Shown: one piece after another, positions 48,331 to 57,579 of the stretch | Layout: each line of letters begins with the position of its first letter | Numbering within the stretch: the first letter of the stretch is position 1 | From: Candidatus Moraniibacteriota bacterium | Lineage (GTDB): Bacteria > Patescibacteriota > Minisyncoccia > Moranbacterales > DUUL01 | Assembly: GCA_041596615.1 (NCBI GenBank) | Contig: JBFHIG010000002.1 | Coordinates: 67,162-131,161 of the forward strand | Length of the DNA: 64,000 nt | Direction: 5' to 3' | The notes under the pieces: generated by a model | What the model was told of the DNA's origin: nothing | Databases searched by the model: none | Seen by the model: only the letters and a program-made list of their open reading frames with translations | Translations under genes and position numbers: made by a program

Positions 48331-49422
48331 CTACCTTAAGCGTTTTAATAATTTTATTTTTTCTAATTTTCTACTCGCGTCAACATCACGAGCAGAAACT
48401 TTCAAAATAAACTTATATGCGCTATGTGCATCATCAAAATTTTCCATTTTAATATACAATTCTCCTAGCTGTCTATAGCCTTCGATATCCTTAGGATTAG
48501 CGGCAATCTTCTGTAAAATCCTTTTTTCTAAAATTTTTCTATCGACACCCAACTCATCGTCATTATTCACGTCTTTTTGTGAAGTGTGTTTTGCTCTGAC
48601 AACATCTTTCATAAAGACATCTTCTTCTTTCCCTGAAAAATCTTTATTAATGACCGTTATTCCATCAGAAAAATCATTATATGTCTCTTCTGTTAAAATC
48701 TTTCTTCCCTTAACATCTTCCTCTTTTTTAAAAGGATTTATTTTTCTAAAGAAGCTTTTTTTCAAAATATCCTTTTTATCCTGTGTTTCCTCGTTTTCTA
48801 AATCTTCAAACTCTTGTTCTTGTTCAAAATGTTTATTGTTTGGATTTTTTCCAAAAAAATCTTTCAGTTTATTATTCTTATCATCCTCTTTTTTATAATC
48901 AATTTCATCCAAAACGTCTTTTTCTGTCTCGTTCATTGTACTTTTTTGCTTTTTTGCAAAAATTCCTTCAGTTGAGGTTTTTATATCGTTTTTAGAGAAC
49001 TTATTTTTTAGAATACCTAACTTGCTCTTGACCTTAACACTCCTTTCCTCTGTTATTTTATCTGTAAAGTCCCTATTTTCGACTTCAGACTCAACAGTTG
49101 ATTTTTCAGAGCTATTTTTCATGGAACCATTTTTTGCCTTTATCTCCAATAATCCTGAATGGGCCGCCTTCAAAACAGTGCTTGCACCACTAACAAATGT
49201 TTCGGCAATCCAAACAAAAAATCCCGAGATTTTAGAAAAGATAAAAGCAAAAGAAAATTTTCTTTCTTTTTTCTTCTTTTTGCCAAGCTCATCTCTCAAT
49301 CTTAAGCTCTTTTCAGCTTGTTTGAAATTTTTTAGATTTTTACCAAAAATGCCTATTATCACAACTAGGCTTGTAAAAATCAATATTATTAGAATAATGT
49401 TGAATTTGTCCATTACAACCAA
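48331..49422 (-). CDS. membrane-anchored Lys/Glu-rich protein with C-terminal TPR-like repeat
   Basis: 363 aa. N-terminal TM helices. A low-complexity K/E/D-rich middle. C-terminal IEGYRQLGELYIKMENFDDAHSAYKFILKV. Confidence 0.5.
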   Translation of the reverse strand: MVVMDKFNIILIILIFTSLVVIIGIFGKNLKNFKQAEKSLRLRDELGKKKKKERKFSFAFIFSKISGFFVWIAETFVSGASTVLKAAHSGLLEIKAKNGSMKNSSEKSTVESEVENRDFTDKITEERSVKVKSKLGILKNKFSKNDIKTSTEGIFAKKQKSTMNETEKDVLDEIDYKKEDDKNNKLKDFFGKNPNNKHFEQEQEFEDLENEETQDKKDILKKSFFRKINPFKKEEDVKGRKILTEETYNDFSDGITVINKDFSGKEEDVFMKDVVRAKHTSQKDVNNDDELGVDRKILEKRILQKIAANPKDIEGYRQLGELYIKMENFDDAHSAYKFILKVSARDVDASRKLEKIKLLKRLR

Positions 49423-49434
49423 TATTATAGAAAA

Positions 49435-50214
49435 TTATTTCTTTTTTAACTCTTCCATTTTAACAAAAGCAATTGACTTGTCTTCTAATTCAACTTTTAA
49501 TTTTTGACTTAAGGTCATCTGCTCAATTACCTTGGCTTTTTTGCCACCCACTTTTACAATATCTCCTTTCTGTGGCATTTCTTTCATCATTTCTTGATAT
49601 TGCTTTGCTTCGTATGAAAGACAGCACATCAACCTACCACACAATCCTGAAATCCTCTCTGATCCTCTATGAGAAATAAACTGGCAACGCGCCATTTCCG
49701 TGGAAATGCTACACATACTGCCAGGCATCTGTTTGCAACACAACTCTCTTCCGCAAATTCCATACCCTCCGCAACGTCTAGCCTCGTCTCGAGAACCAAT
49801 TTGTTGCAATCTTATTGATTTCCCATATCTAGAGGAAAGATTTTTAACCAATTGACGAAAATCAACTCTTCCGTCAGCAACAAAAGCAATCACTGCACAA
49901 CTTCCATCCAAACTGATACGTACATCGATAACTTTCATTGGAATTTCCAATGCTCTGGTTTCCTTTTTGGCTTCAGCAAGCATTTCCCTTTCTCTTGCCT
50001 TATAGTTCAATGTCATTTCCAAGTCTTGTGAAGTTGCTTTTCTGCTAACATTTCCTGCCACTTCCTCCCCTTCAACATTTTTATCTGCTATTAAGACATC
50101 TGCGACAAATAACCCCCATTCATGCTCAACAACAGCTTTGTCTTCCTTTTGAATCCCTTTTATTGTAGACGTAACATTCCTTGGCTGATCCCAGTCGAAA
50201 AATCGAATAATCAT
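49435..50214 (-). CDS. ricT: PSP1-domain protein (YaaT/RicT-like)
   Basis: Cys-rich C-terminal half with GICGRELCC...CGRLMCCLSYE, typical of the PSP1 C-terminal domain. Confidence 0.7.
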   Translation of the reverse strand: MIIRFFDWDQPRNVTSTIKGIQKEDKAVVEHEWGLFVADVLIADKNVEGEEVAGNVSRKATSQDLEMTLNYKAREREMLAEAKKETRALEIPMKVIDVRISLDGSCAVIAFVADGRVDFRQLVKNLSSRYGKSIRLQQIGSRDEARRCGGYGICGRELCCKQMPGSMCSISTEMARCQFISHRGSERISGLCGRLMCCLSYEAKQYQEMMKEMPQKGDIVKVGGKKAKVIEQMTLSQKLKVELEDKSIAFVKMEELKKK

Positions 50215-50256
50215 ACTATTGCGGAGTTTATAATAAATTCTTGTCGAATCTCTAAA

Positions 50257-50835
50257 TTATAGTTGCATTCTTGAAAAATCACCAATCTTGATATTTTCAC
50301 CCATTTTTCCAGCCTTTTCTTTAACAATTTCCTCGACTGTTCTTTCTGGGTCTTTTACAAAGGCTTGCGAAAGTAACGCATTTTCACCTCTAAGCTTCTG
50401 TTCTTTACCAGCCATAATTTTTTCCACAATTTCAGCTGGTTTCCCCTCTTTCTTTAATTCCTCTGCCCACATTTTCTTGTGCTCCTCTACAATATCTTTT
50501 GGAAATTGCTCAGGTGAAATACTTTTAGGATTCATTGCTGCGATATGCATTGCAATGTCTTCCCCAAGAGCAACAAACTCTTCATTTCTAGCAACAAAGT
50601 CTGTTTCACATAATAACTTTACAAGAACCGCTACTTTCCCATTTGAATGGACATATGAAGCAATAGTTCCTTCGTTGGCATCTCTATCGCCTTTTTTATC
50701 AGCCTTTTCTAAGCCTCTTTTTCGCAAAAGTTCAATAGCCTTAGTCTCATCTCCCTTTGCCTCATCCAAAGCTTTTTTAATATCAATAACACCCGCTCCC
50801 GTTTGATTTCTAATTTTTTTTATTAGTTCTAACAT
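50257..50835 (-). CDS. tsf: translation elongation factor Ts (short form)
   Basis: MLELIKKIRNQTGAGVIDIKKALDEAKGDETKAIELLRKRG, starting at ATG 50835 (the track ORF extends to 50877). ETDFVARNEEF. Confidence 0.9.
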   Translation of the reverse strand: MLELIKKIRNQTGAGVIDIKKALDEAKGDETKAIELLRKRGLEKADKKGDRDANEGTIASYVHSNGKVAVLVKLLCETDFVARNEEFVALGEDIAMHIAAMNPKSISPEQFPKDIVEEHKKMWAEELKKEGKPAEIVEKIMAGKEQKLRGENALLSQAFVKDPERTVEEIVKEKAGKMGENIKIGDFSRMQL

Positions 50836-50954
50836 GCTAATTTTATTTAAACTGAGTAATATCCTTTTTAATATCACTCTTTTTATTAAACCTGATTAAC
50901 CTTATCAACACAGTGAATATGTCCTTTAGGCTATTAAATAGACTGTTTTTCGTT

Positions 50955-51752
50955 CTATTTTTTTAATTCACTTGTCTCAGAAGTATTTTTGTGAGCTTTT
51001 GCTTCCATCATTTTTTTCAAGAAAACTCCCAAAATATACTTCAGTGAAGAAAGCGCATCATCATTAGCTGGAATAGGATATTCAACAGAAGTGTGGTCGC
51101 TATTTGTATCAACCAAACCAACTACAGGAATCCCCATCAAATGAGCTTCTTTAATTGCCAACTCCTCTTTCATAACATCCAAAACAACAACTAAATCAGG
51201 TAGACTCTTCATTCGAACAAGCCCGCCCATTTTTTCTTCAATTTTATCCAACCGTTTCTGCAATTTGTGTCTTTCTAGTTTTGTCAAGGAGTTCAACTTC
51301 CCCTCTTTCAAGGCCTCTGTATTCTCAATAAAGAAATTTATTCTTTTTTTAATAATATCAAAATTTGTGAAAGTCCCCCCAAGCCACCTTTCGTCTACGT
51401 ATGGAAATTCTAATTTATCTGCAACCGCCTTTACAAGACCTTTTGTTTGCTTTTTAGTTCCAACAATCATAACCACTCCTCCTTGCGCAACTGTCTTCCC
51501 GATTTTTTCCAGTGCTTTTTCAAATAACACAAGTGATTTTTCAAGATCAATAATACAAATTCCATTTCTCACGCCAAAGATAAATTGCCCCATCTTTGGG
51601 TTCCATCTTGATTTTTTGTGCCCAAAATGAACACCTGCTTTTAACATCTTTTCCAAAGAAAGCTCATACTTATCTGTTACATTTTCTGCAACATCAGCTG
51701 AAACACTTTCTTTTTGAGCAACTTCCGTTACTTCTTCTACTTTTTCAGTCAT
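50955..51752 (-). CDS. rpsB: 30S ribosomal protein S2
   Basis: LKAGVHFGHKKSRWNPKM, plus PDLVVVLD and AIKEAHLMGIPVVGLVDTNSD. Confidence 0.95.
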   Translation of the reverse strand: MTEKVEEVTEVAQKESVSADVAENVTDKYELSLEKMLKAGVHFGHKKSRWNPKMGQFIFGVRNGICIIDLEKSLVLFEKALEKIGKTVAQGGVVMIVGTKKQTKGLVKAVADKLEFPYVDERWLGGTFTNFDIIKKRINFFIENTEALKEGKLNSLTKLERHKLQKRLDKIEEKMGGLVRMKSLPDLVVVLDVMKEELAIKEAHLMGIPVVGLVDTNSDHTSVEYPIPANDDALSSLKYILGVFLKKMMEAKAHKNTSETSELKK

Positions 51753-52014
51753 TTTTTTACCTTATAAATTATCCTCTATTCAACTTTAAATCCAGCTTTT
51801 CTCATTTCTGAGCAGGTAAGCCAGCGATTGAATATGTGTATTTGCCATTGAAAAACTCCAACGACTACAAGACAATTTAACATATAAAAATAAAAAAGTA
51901 AAGAGGTGTTTTCTTTTGTTTAAGGGATTTTATAACCATATAAAAACTTTTGATATTCACTACTGGTCCTTCGATTTTTTTCCATAACTTCAACTGTTTG
52001 CTTCCAACCAGGTC

Positions 52015-52043
52015 TTGACTAAAAGTTTTTTCAAATATATATT
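52015..52043 (+). promoter_or_regulatory. candidate promoter (TTGACT, 17-nt spacer, TATATT)
   Basis: TTGACT at 52015-52020 and TATATT at 52038-52043, about 100 nt upstream of the 113-aa gene. Confidence 0.35.
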
Positions 52044-52146
52044 ATAAAATTGTGTCCTTATTTCTAGTTCCTAGGATCAATACCTGTTCCATTTTATTTC
52101 AACTAGAGACCGCGGGTGTTCTAAACTTTTACCAGGAGGTAATTCA

Positions 52147-52488
52147 ATGTTGCAATCCCAATCCCAGAAAATAAAAAAGGAAGAAAGAGTTGCTCCTCAG
52201 CCGGAGAAAAAGGATAGAGAGAGAAGGGTAATCAAAACACTTCGTTGTCGAATCTCCAATGTTATTATAGACAATGAAAACCCCAAAAAATCTTTTGTTG
52301 TGCTTACCCCCTTCAAAAAAACTGGGGTAAGGCTTTGCGGCAGCATTACTTGCAGTTATACAAACATAACAACCCCCAGAAAAAAACTAAAGCGTAGTAC
52401 ACCCGTCAAAGCTTTCAACATTCATTTTATACCAAAAAAGGGCTGGCGTGCAGGAGGTGCAATGGTCCTTGATGGAAAAATGAACTGA
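52147..52488 (+). CDS. hypothetical basic 113-aa protein
   Basis: AGGAGG lies 7 nt upstream of the ATG. Lys/Arg-rich. A terminator follows. No motif was recognised. Confidence 0.5.
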   Translation: MLQSQSQKIKKEERVAPQPEKKDRERRVIKTLRCRISNVIIDNENPKKSFVVLTPFKKTGVRLCGSITCSYTNITTPRKKLKRSTPVKAFNIHFIPKKGWRAGGAMVLDGKMN

Positions 52489-52520
52489 TTGTCTTGTTCT
52501 CTATGAAACTCAGCTTACCC

Positions 52521-52560
52521 CAGGGATTTACAGTAAAACTGTAGATCCCTGTTTAATTTT
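52521..52560 (+). terminator. intrinsic terminator
   Basis: CAGGGATTTACAG-taaaa-CTGTAGATCCCTG plus TTTAATTTT. Confidence 0.65.
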
Positions 52561-52819
52561 TTAAATTGACTTTTCTGCCTATAATGCTAATCTAAAATGT
52601 AGATTCTTTTGAAACAAAATCGAGTTTTTCAAAAGATTTCTATCTAAAAAACTTAATTTTCTTTGTTTTTCAAATCATTGAAAAGTAGAAGTTAAAAGAG
52701 TAGAAGATAAAAGGAATACTGAGAATTTCAGTTGTGAGCAGTTGTGCTCCTTTTCCCTTTTACGTTTTGATTTTTACTTTGTATTCTAATGTTTTGGAGA
52801 ATTTGGAAATAAAAAAATT

Positions 52820-54931
52820 ATGGAACAAAAAAATTTTTCCATGGAAGTGGATGGAAAAACACTTTCAGCTGAATTTGGAGTCCTTGCCGGACAAGCAAAT
52901 GGCTCAGTCAAACTTCAGTTCGGAGACACAGTAGTTCTTGCGACAGCAACAATGAGTCGTGATAGAAGAGAAGGAATGGACTGGTTTCCTCTTTTCGTTG
53001 ATTACGAAGAGCGTTTTTATGCTGCTGGTAAGATTAAAGGATCTCGTTTTATCAAACGAGAGGGACGTCCTTCTGACAGAGCAGTTTTAAGTGGCAGGAT
53101 CATTGACAGAACAATCAGACCTTTATTTGATGAACGAATGCGGAATGAAATTCAAGTAATTACTACTGTAATGTCAATTGACAAAGAAACTGATCCAGCA
53201 ATTGTTGCTGTAATAGCAGCCTCCCTGGCCCTTGGAGTTTCTGATATTCCTTGGGGTGGACCAGTTGGGGCTGTTAGAATTGGGCAAAAAGATGGTGAAT
53301 TCGTTTTGAATCCTGCCAATAACACCCTAGAAGAATACTCGGCTGATGTACTGGTAGCAGGAACAGACGGAAAAATCAACATGATTGAAGCTGGAGCAAA
53401 TGAAATGTCAAATACTGATATGCACAAAGCAATTTCACTAGGATTCAACCAAGTAAATGAAATTTGTAAATTTCAACAAAAAATTATCGATGAAATCGGA
53501 AAAGAAAAAACAATTGTCGAGCTTACAACTCCTTCAGAAGAATTTGCAACTAAGATAAATGCCTTCTTTGAAAAAGAAAATCTTGCCGATGCCTTCTATA
53601 CAAAAGACAGGGCTTCTCGAGATGAAAAAATGGGCGCTGTTAAAAAGGCCCTAAAAGACTTATTAGAAACTGACTATTCAGAAGAAGAATTGCCACAAAG
53701 AAAGGCTGAGGCGCTTTTGCTCTTTGAAAATTTTCTCAACAAAGTTTTACATGATCGAATCATAAACGACGGTGAACGACCAGATGGAAGAAGGGTTGAC
53801 GAAATCAGAAACATTTCAGCACAAGTAAAAATTCTACCAAGAACACATGGTAGTGGACTTTTTAACCGTGGAGAAACTCAAGCACTAACTGTTGCGACTC
53901 TTGGATCTCCTGGGGATGAACAAATTATTGATACTATGGAAGTAGATGAAAAAAGACGCTACATTCATCATTATAACTTCCCTCCCTTTAGTGTTGGCGA
54001 AGTTCGTCCGATGAGAGGACCAGGAAGAAGAGAAATCGGACATGGTGCGCTAGCAGAAAAAGCACTTATACCTGTTCTGCCAAGCAAGGATGAATTTCCT
54101 TACACGATGCTTTTGGTGAGCGAGGTGCTTTCTTCAAATGGGTCATCTTCAATGGCCTCAACCTGCGGATCAACTTTAGCGCTTATGGATGCTGGAGTTC
54201 CTCTTAAGAATCCTGTTAGTGGAATTGCAATGGGAATTGTGGTTGATGAAAACAATAACTATAAAATTCTTTCCGATATTCAAGGCCCTGAAGATCACTG
54301 GGGTGATATGGATTTTAAGGTTGCTGGAACAAAAGACGGGATTACTGCGATGCAACTTGATGTTAAAATCGACGGAATTACCCCTCAAATAGTAGAAGAA
54401 GTTTTGGAAAGAGCATATGAAAGTCGCATGCAAATTATGCAAGTAATGTTGGAAACAATTCCTGCCTCGAGAACAGAAATGTCAGAATATGCACCAAGAA
54501 TTATTATCATGAAAATTAGTCCTGATAAAATTAGAACTGTGATTGGACCAGGAGGAAAGGTTATTAATGAAATCATCGACTCCACTGGGGTTCAAATCGA
54601 TATTGAGGATGACGGAAGCGTCTTTATAACCGCAGAAGACCCAGAAGGTGGAAAGAAGGCTGAGGAGTGGATAAAAAACCTAACTCATGAACCTAAAGCT
54701 GGTGAAGTATACAAAGGAACGGTGGTTAAAATCATGGATTTTGGGGCTTTTGTTGCAATCCTTCCGGGAAAAGAAGGTTTGGTACATATCTCACAACTAT
54801 CAATCGAACGGGTTGAAAACGTTGGAGATGTTGTAAAAGAGGGGCAAGAGGTTTCAGTGAGAGTCTTAGAAATCGACTCACTTGGAAGATTGAATTTGAC
54901 AATGAAACCAGACCCTTCGAAAAAAGACTAG
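52820..54931 (+). CDS. pnp: polyribonucleotide nucleotidyltransferase (PNPase)
   Basis: Two RNase PH domains, then KH (ISPDKIRTVIGPGGKVINEI) and S1 (GEVYKGTVVKIMDFGAFVAILPGKEGLVHISQL). Confidence 0.96.
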   Translation: MEQKNFSMEVDGKTLSAEFGVLAGQANGSVKLQFGDTVVLATATMSRDRREGMDWFPLFVDYEERFYAAGKIKGSRFIKREGRPSDRAVLSGRIIDRTIRPLFDERMRNEIQVITTVMSIDKETDPAIVAVIAASLALGVSDIPWGGPVGAVRIGQKDGEFVLNPANNTLEEYSADVLVAGTDGKINMIEAGANEMSNTDMHKAISLGFNQVNEICKFQQKIIDEIGKEKTIVELTTPSEEFATKINAFFEKENLADAFYTKDRASRDEKMGAVKKALKDLLETDYSEEELPQRKAEALLLFENFLNKVLHDRIINDGERPDGRRVDEIRNISAQVKILPRTHGSGLFNRGETQALTVATLGSPGDEQIIDTMEVDEKRRYIHHYNFPPFSVGEVRPMRGPGRREIGHGALAEKALIPVLPSKDEFPYTMLLVSEVLSSNGSSSMASTCGSTLALMDAGVPLKNPVSGIAMGIVVDENNNYKILSDIQGPEDHWGDMDFKVAGTKDGITAMQLDVKIDGITPQIVEEVLERAYESRMQIMQVMLETIPASRTEMSEYAPRIIIMKISPDKIRTVIGPGGKVINEIIDSTGVQIDIEDDGSVFITAEDPEGGKKAEEWIKNLTHEPKAGEVYKGTVVKIMDFGAFVAILPGKEGLVHISQLSIERVENVGDVVKEGQEVSVRVLEIDSLGRLNLTMKPDPSKKD

Positions 54932-54957
54932 CCTATTTGAATTAAAAATATTATAAA

Positions 54958-54989
54958 ACGCCTTATCCTAGAGATGAGGCGTTTTTTTC
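54958..54989 (+). terminator. intrinsic terminator of pnp
   Basis: ACGCCT(T)ATC...GAT(G)AGGCGT plus TTTTTTT. Confidence 0.7.
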
Positions 54990-55082
54990 TTGCATTCTGA
55001 GCGTTTTGTTTAAAGGCGAATCTCTGGTATAATAAATACGAAATTATTTTCAAAAAACAAATAAATATTATAAAGCGTACCT

Positions 55083-56699
55083 ATGTCTTGGTTTACAAAA
55101 AAGAAAGTTGTAGAGGATGATGAAAAAGATTCTTCGGTTTTGACAATTGAAACTATGCACGAAGACTTGGAAGAAAGCTCCAACACTCAAAATGATAAGA
55201 AAAATGATAAGAAAGAAACAGAAAAAAAACCTGAAAAAACAAGCCCTTTTTTAATGGGGAATAGCTCCGAAGGGAAGAATATCACTGAACTAAAACCTAA
55301 GGAAGAAAAAAGTGTGGAGATTAAAAAAGATGAGCTATCAACACAAAAACCGGCAATAGAATTAGCTGATGAAGCTGGGCATATTCCAGAAGAAGACACG
55401 TCTGTTACTAAAAACACCAAGAGCATTGATATAACAAAAAACAAAGAAGAAAAAGAAATAACACACGAGGAAAGTATCTTTAAATCCTTAATTAAAAAGG
55501 AAAAGTCTTTGACAGAGGCAATAAAAAAAGAAGAAAAGCCACTAGAAGAGAGCGATGAAGACAAAATGGAAAAAATTGTTAAATCTGCTAATTTTACTTC
55601 TGAAACAAAAAAAGAACCGGTCGAAACTAATTCTACAATTAGCACCCCCGATAAAAATACAGAAGAAGCTGTTTATATTGACAGAACGAGACAAAACAAA
55701 GCAGCCGCTAAAGAATCAGTAGAGAAAGAAGACGATGGCAAATTATTAATTAATGGCAAATTGGTGTCCACAAAACGACAAGAGACAACCTCCCCTTTTG
55801 GAGTCCCAAAAAAAGGAATCTCTGTTGCTGGGGTAAATAAAATTGCAAACGGAAACGACAAAAACATTTCTACTACTACAAGAAATTTTAATAAACCTTT
55901 ACTTCTTCTGGCAATCATTGTTTTTATTTTAACAATCGTGGCCGTTGGTGCAAATTATTATAGGAATTCTCAAAAAGAACCCTCTCCTGCGACTCCTTCT
56001 ATGGTTACAGAAAATAATTTGGAAGATATCGCATACACAAAAGATAATTTTGCTGGCACTGGAATTGTCTTAAAAACCTCAAAAGAGCTTCTGTTGTCAG
56101 ACTTAAAAGCGTTTGTCAAAAAAGAACAGGCCATTAATCCAGCTAAGTTTATCGGTGGACAATTTATCAGGCCCTTACAAAAAGAAACTGAGTATATAAC
56201 TGGTGAAGAAATTCTCAGCATATTTGGCTCCAAAGACCCTGCAATCAATAGCTTCCTGGATAAACCAGCCATGCTCTTTGTGACAGAAGAGTCCATCGAG
56301 GTAGAAGATCCAGCAACTACGCCCTCCTCAGGAATTAAAACCAATCCAACCATAACAACAAAAAATGTTATTAAAGTGGCATTAATACTTGAACTTAAAA
56401 AAGATACCGAGCCAGGAGATGTAATCGAACGCCTAACTGAAATAGAAACAACTTTTCCAGGGACGTTAAAAGGTTTGATGATTGAAGAAGATATCAAGAT
56501 TGCAAATGAAAAAATTGTTTTTAATCAAGCATCTCCAGAGAAAAAAGATTTTGTGCACACAATTCGCTATTATAATTTTAAATATGGAAATGTAACACGA
56601 TCAATTGAGTGGGGGTCCCTTCTTTATAAAAATAAATCTTACATCTTCTTCTCCACATCCAAGGAAGCCACCAATTCCCTTATAAAAGCCCTTTATTAG
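55083..56699 (+). CDS. hypothetical protein: acidic/Lys-rich disordered N-terminal half, one TM helix, ~250-aa C-terminal domain
   Basis: 538 aa. TM helix LLLLAIIVFILTIVAVGANYY. No motif was recognised. Confidence 0.5.
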   Translation: MSWFTKKKVVEDDEKDSSVLTIETMHEDLEESSNTQNDKKNDKKETEKKPEKTSPFLMGNSSEGKNITELKPKEEKSVEIKKDELSTQKPAIELADEAGHIPEEDTSVTKNTKSIDITKNKEEKEITHEESIFKSLIKKEKSLTEAIKKEEKPLEESDEDKMEKIVKSANFTSETKKEPVETNSTISTPDKNTEEAVYIDRTRQNKAAAKESVEKEDDGKLLINGKLVSTKRQETTSPFGVPKKGISVAGVNKIANGNDKNISTTTRNFNKPLLLLAIIVFILTIVAVGANYYRNSQKEPSPATPSMVTENNLEDIAYTKDNFAGTGIVLKTSKELLLSDLKAFVKKEQAINPAKFIGGQFIRPLQKETEYITGEEILSIFGSKDPAINSFLDKPAMLFVTEESIEVEDPATTPSSGIKTNPTITTKNVIKVALILELKKDTEPGDVIERLTEIETTFPGTLKGLMIEEDIKIANEKIVFNQASPEKKDFVHTIRYYNFKYGNVTRSIEWGSLLYKNKSYIFFSTSKEATNSLIKALY

Positions 56700-56732
56700 C
56701 AACCTGTGGAAAATCTGTGGAAAACTGCGCAA

Positions 56733-56775
56733 AACGACTATTTCTTAGATAACTCTTAAAGATAGTCGTTTTTTG
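56733..56775 (+). terminator. intrinsic terminator
   Basis: AACGACTAT...ATAGTCGTT plus TTTTT. Confidence 0.65.
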
Positions 56776-56804
56776 TTTTATCTAAAGCAAAAAAACATTA
56801 ACAA

Positions 56805-56833
56805 TTGACCGAATGATTATAAAATGCTATAAT
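56805..56833 (+). promoter_or_regulatory. consensus promoter with extended -10 (TTGACC, 17-nt spacer, TGcTATAAT) with no protein gene downstream
   Basis: TTGACC at 56805-56810. TG at 56825-56826. TATAAT at 56828-56833. Confidence 0.6.
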
Positions 56834-56839
56834 GGCTAT

Positions 56840-56962
56840 GTAAGTGAGAAACACATCTCCTTACAAACACACAAGTTCATTAAAAAATTTCTATACTGTA
56901 CTTTCAGCAGAAGTGTTCCAATCGTGCTTTCCCCCTATTCACGATTGGAACTCTTCTGCTGA
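56840..56962 (+). ncRNA. candidate sRNA: 5' hairpin plus a 23-bp hairpin with a C-rich loop
   Basis: The predicted start near 56840 coincides with the hairpin GTAAG(T)GAGA-aacaca-TCTCCTTAC (56840-56864). TCAGCAGAAGTGTTCCAATCGTG (56904-56926), loop CTTTCCCCCTATT, CACGATTGGAACTCTTCTGCTGA (56940-56962), with one mismatch. Confidence 0.45.
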
Positions 56963-57253
56963 CCTAAATAAAAAAACGAAGTCAAACAGTTATAATAATA
57001 TTATAATTACCTAGCGACTTCTCTTCAATAGTGTTAAACACTATAAAAACAAAAATAAAAATAGTGAAGCAAAAATAGTACTTACCAAAACAAAAAAACA
57101 AGTGGGTTTGTCCCAAGGTACGGTAGAAGAATAAACATATACATGTGTAAGCTAGGACACATATCATCTGACGAGAATTCTAAAATAATAATCTGTATTG
57201 CTCAACAAAAACACCCAAAACACCCAAACGAGCGAGAGGATTTTGAGAAATTT

Positions 57254-57385
57254 CGCCAGAAAACCAGTGGCGACACGCCACATTAATAATTATTGTAGGG
57301 TGCTGTCGCCCTGGTAACCAATTCCAAACAAACACTGGTTTAAAAACGTTAGAAGAACACAAGCGCCCAAAAGGCGGTTTTTTTA
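57254..57385 (+). ncRNA. structured RNA segment with competing helices, ending in a terminator (possibly the 3' domain of the same transcript)
   Basis: GTGGCG can pair with CGCCA (57254) or CGCCAC (57275). CCAG(T)GGCGAC (57264-57274) pairs with GTCGCCCTGG (57305-57314). AAACCAGTG (57261-57269) pairs perfectly with CACTGGTTT (57333-57341). CGCC-caaaa-GGCG plus T7 (57364-57385). Confidence 0.4.
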
Positions 57386-57453
57386 TTACAAAAATTTAAA
57401 CTTAAATATTCATACCATTAATTAAAATATTCGGATCAACAACAGTCCCATGT

Positions 57454-57475
57454 CATTCCCGTGCAGGCGGGAATG
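57454..57475. repeat. short GC-rich palindromic element (REP-like)
   Basis: CATTCCCG-tgcagg-CGGGAATG, a perfect 8-bp stem. It resembles the element at 62702-62742 through the shared GGAATG(A/C) end. Confidence 0.5.
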
Positions 57476-57511
57476 CATTAAACTCTACTTGGGAAAAATT
57501 TTCTTTCCAAA

Positions 57512-57540
57512 TAAAAAACGACCTTACTGGCCGTTTTTTA
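57512..57540. terminator. bidirectional terminator
   Basis: AAAAAACGACC-ttact-GGCCGTTTTTT. Confidence 0.55.
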
Positions 57541-57579
57541 CTCTTCTGCGTTTATTCAACTAACTTTTTAGCTAAAACA

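Noticed and set aside
47912-48410. Track ORFs 47912-48157 (-), 47974-48180 (+) and 48192-48410 (+).
   Set aside because: They are read through tRNA-Tyr, tRNA-Thr and the GC-rich spacers. Their length is a by-product of GC-rich, stop-poor tRNA sequence.
50288-50806. Long antisense or mirror-frame ORFs opposite well-supported genes: 50288-50806 vs tsf, 51265-51630 vs rpsB, 55187-55645 and 55970-56497 vs the 538-aa gene, 49022-49507 and 48584-48898 vs the TPR gene, 17024-17404 vs tgt, 8153-8518 vs the Clp-like gene, 28264-28821 vs the bactofilin-like gene, 59050-59391 vs the phosphatase.
   Set aside because: Each lies entirely within a gene on the other strand that has strong family motifs or better signals. 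Their translations are Ser/Phe/Leu/Ile-rich low-complexity strings typical of the antisense of AT-rich coding DNA.
57143-57286. A 47-codon ORF (MCKLGHISSDENSKIIICIAQQKHPKHPNEREDFEKFRQKTSGDTPH) inside the orphan-promoter transcript.
   Set aside because: No SD-like sequence precedes the ATG. The reading frame runs through the repeat and the hairpin-forming segments. The track ORFs on the opposite strand here (56982-57167, 57180-57362) likewise lack expression signals.
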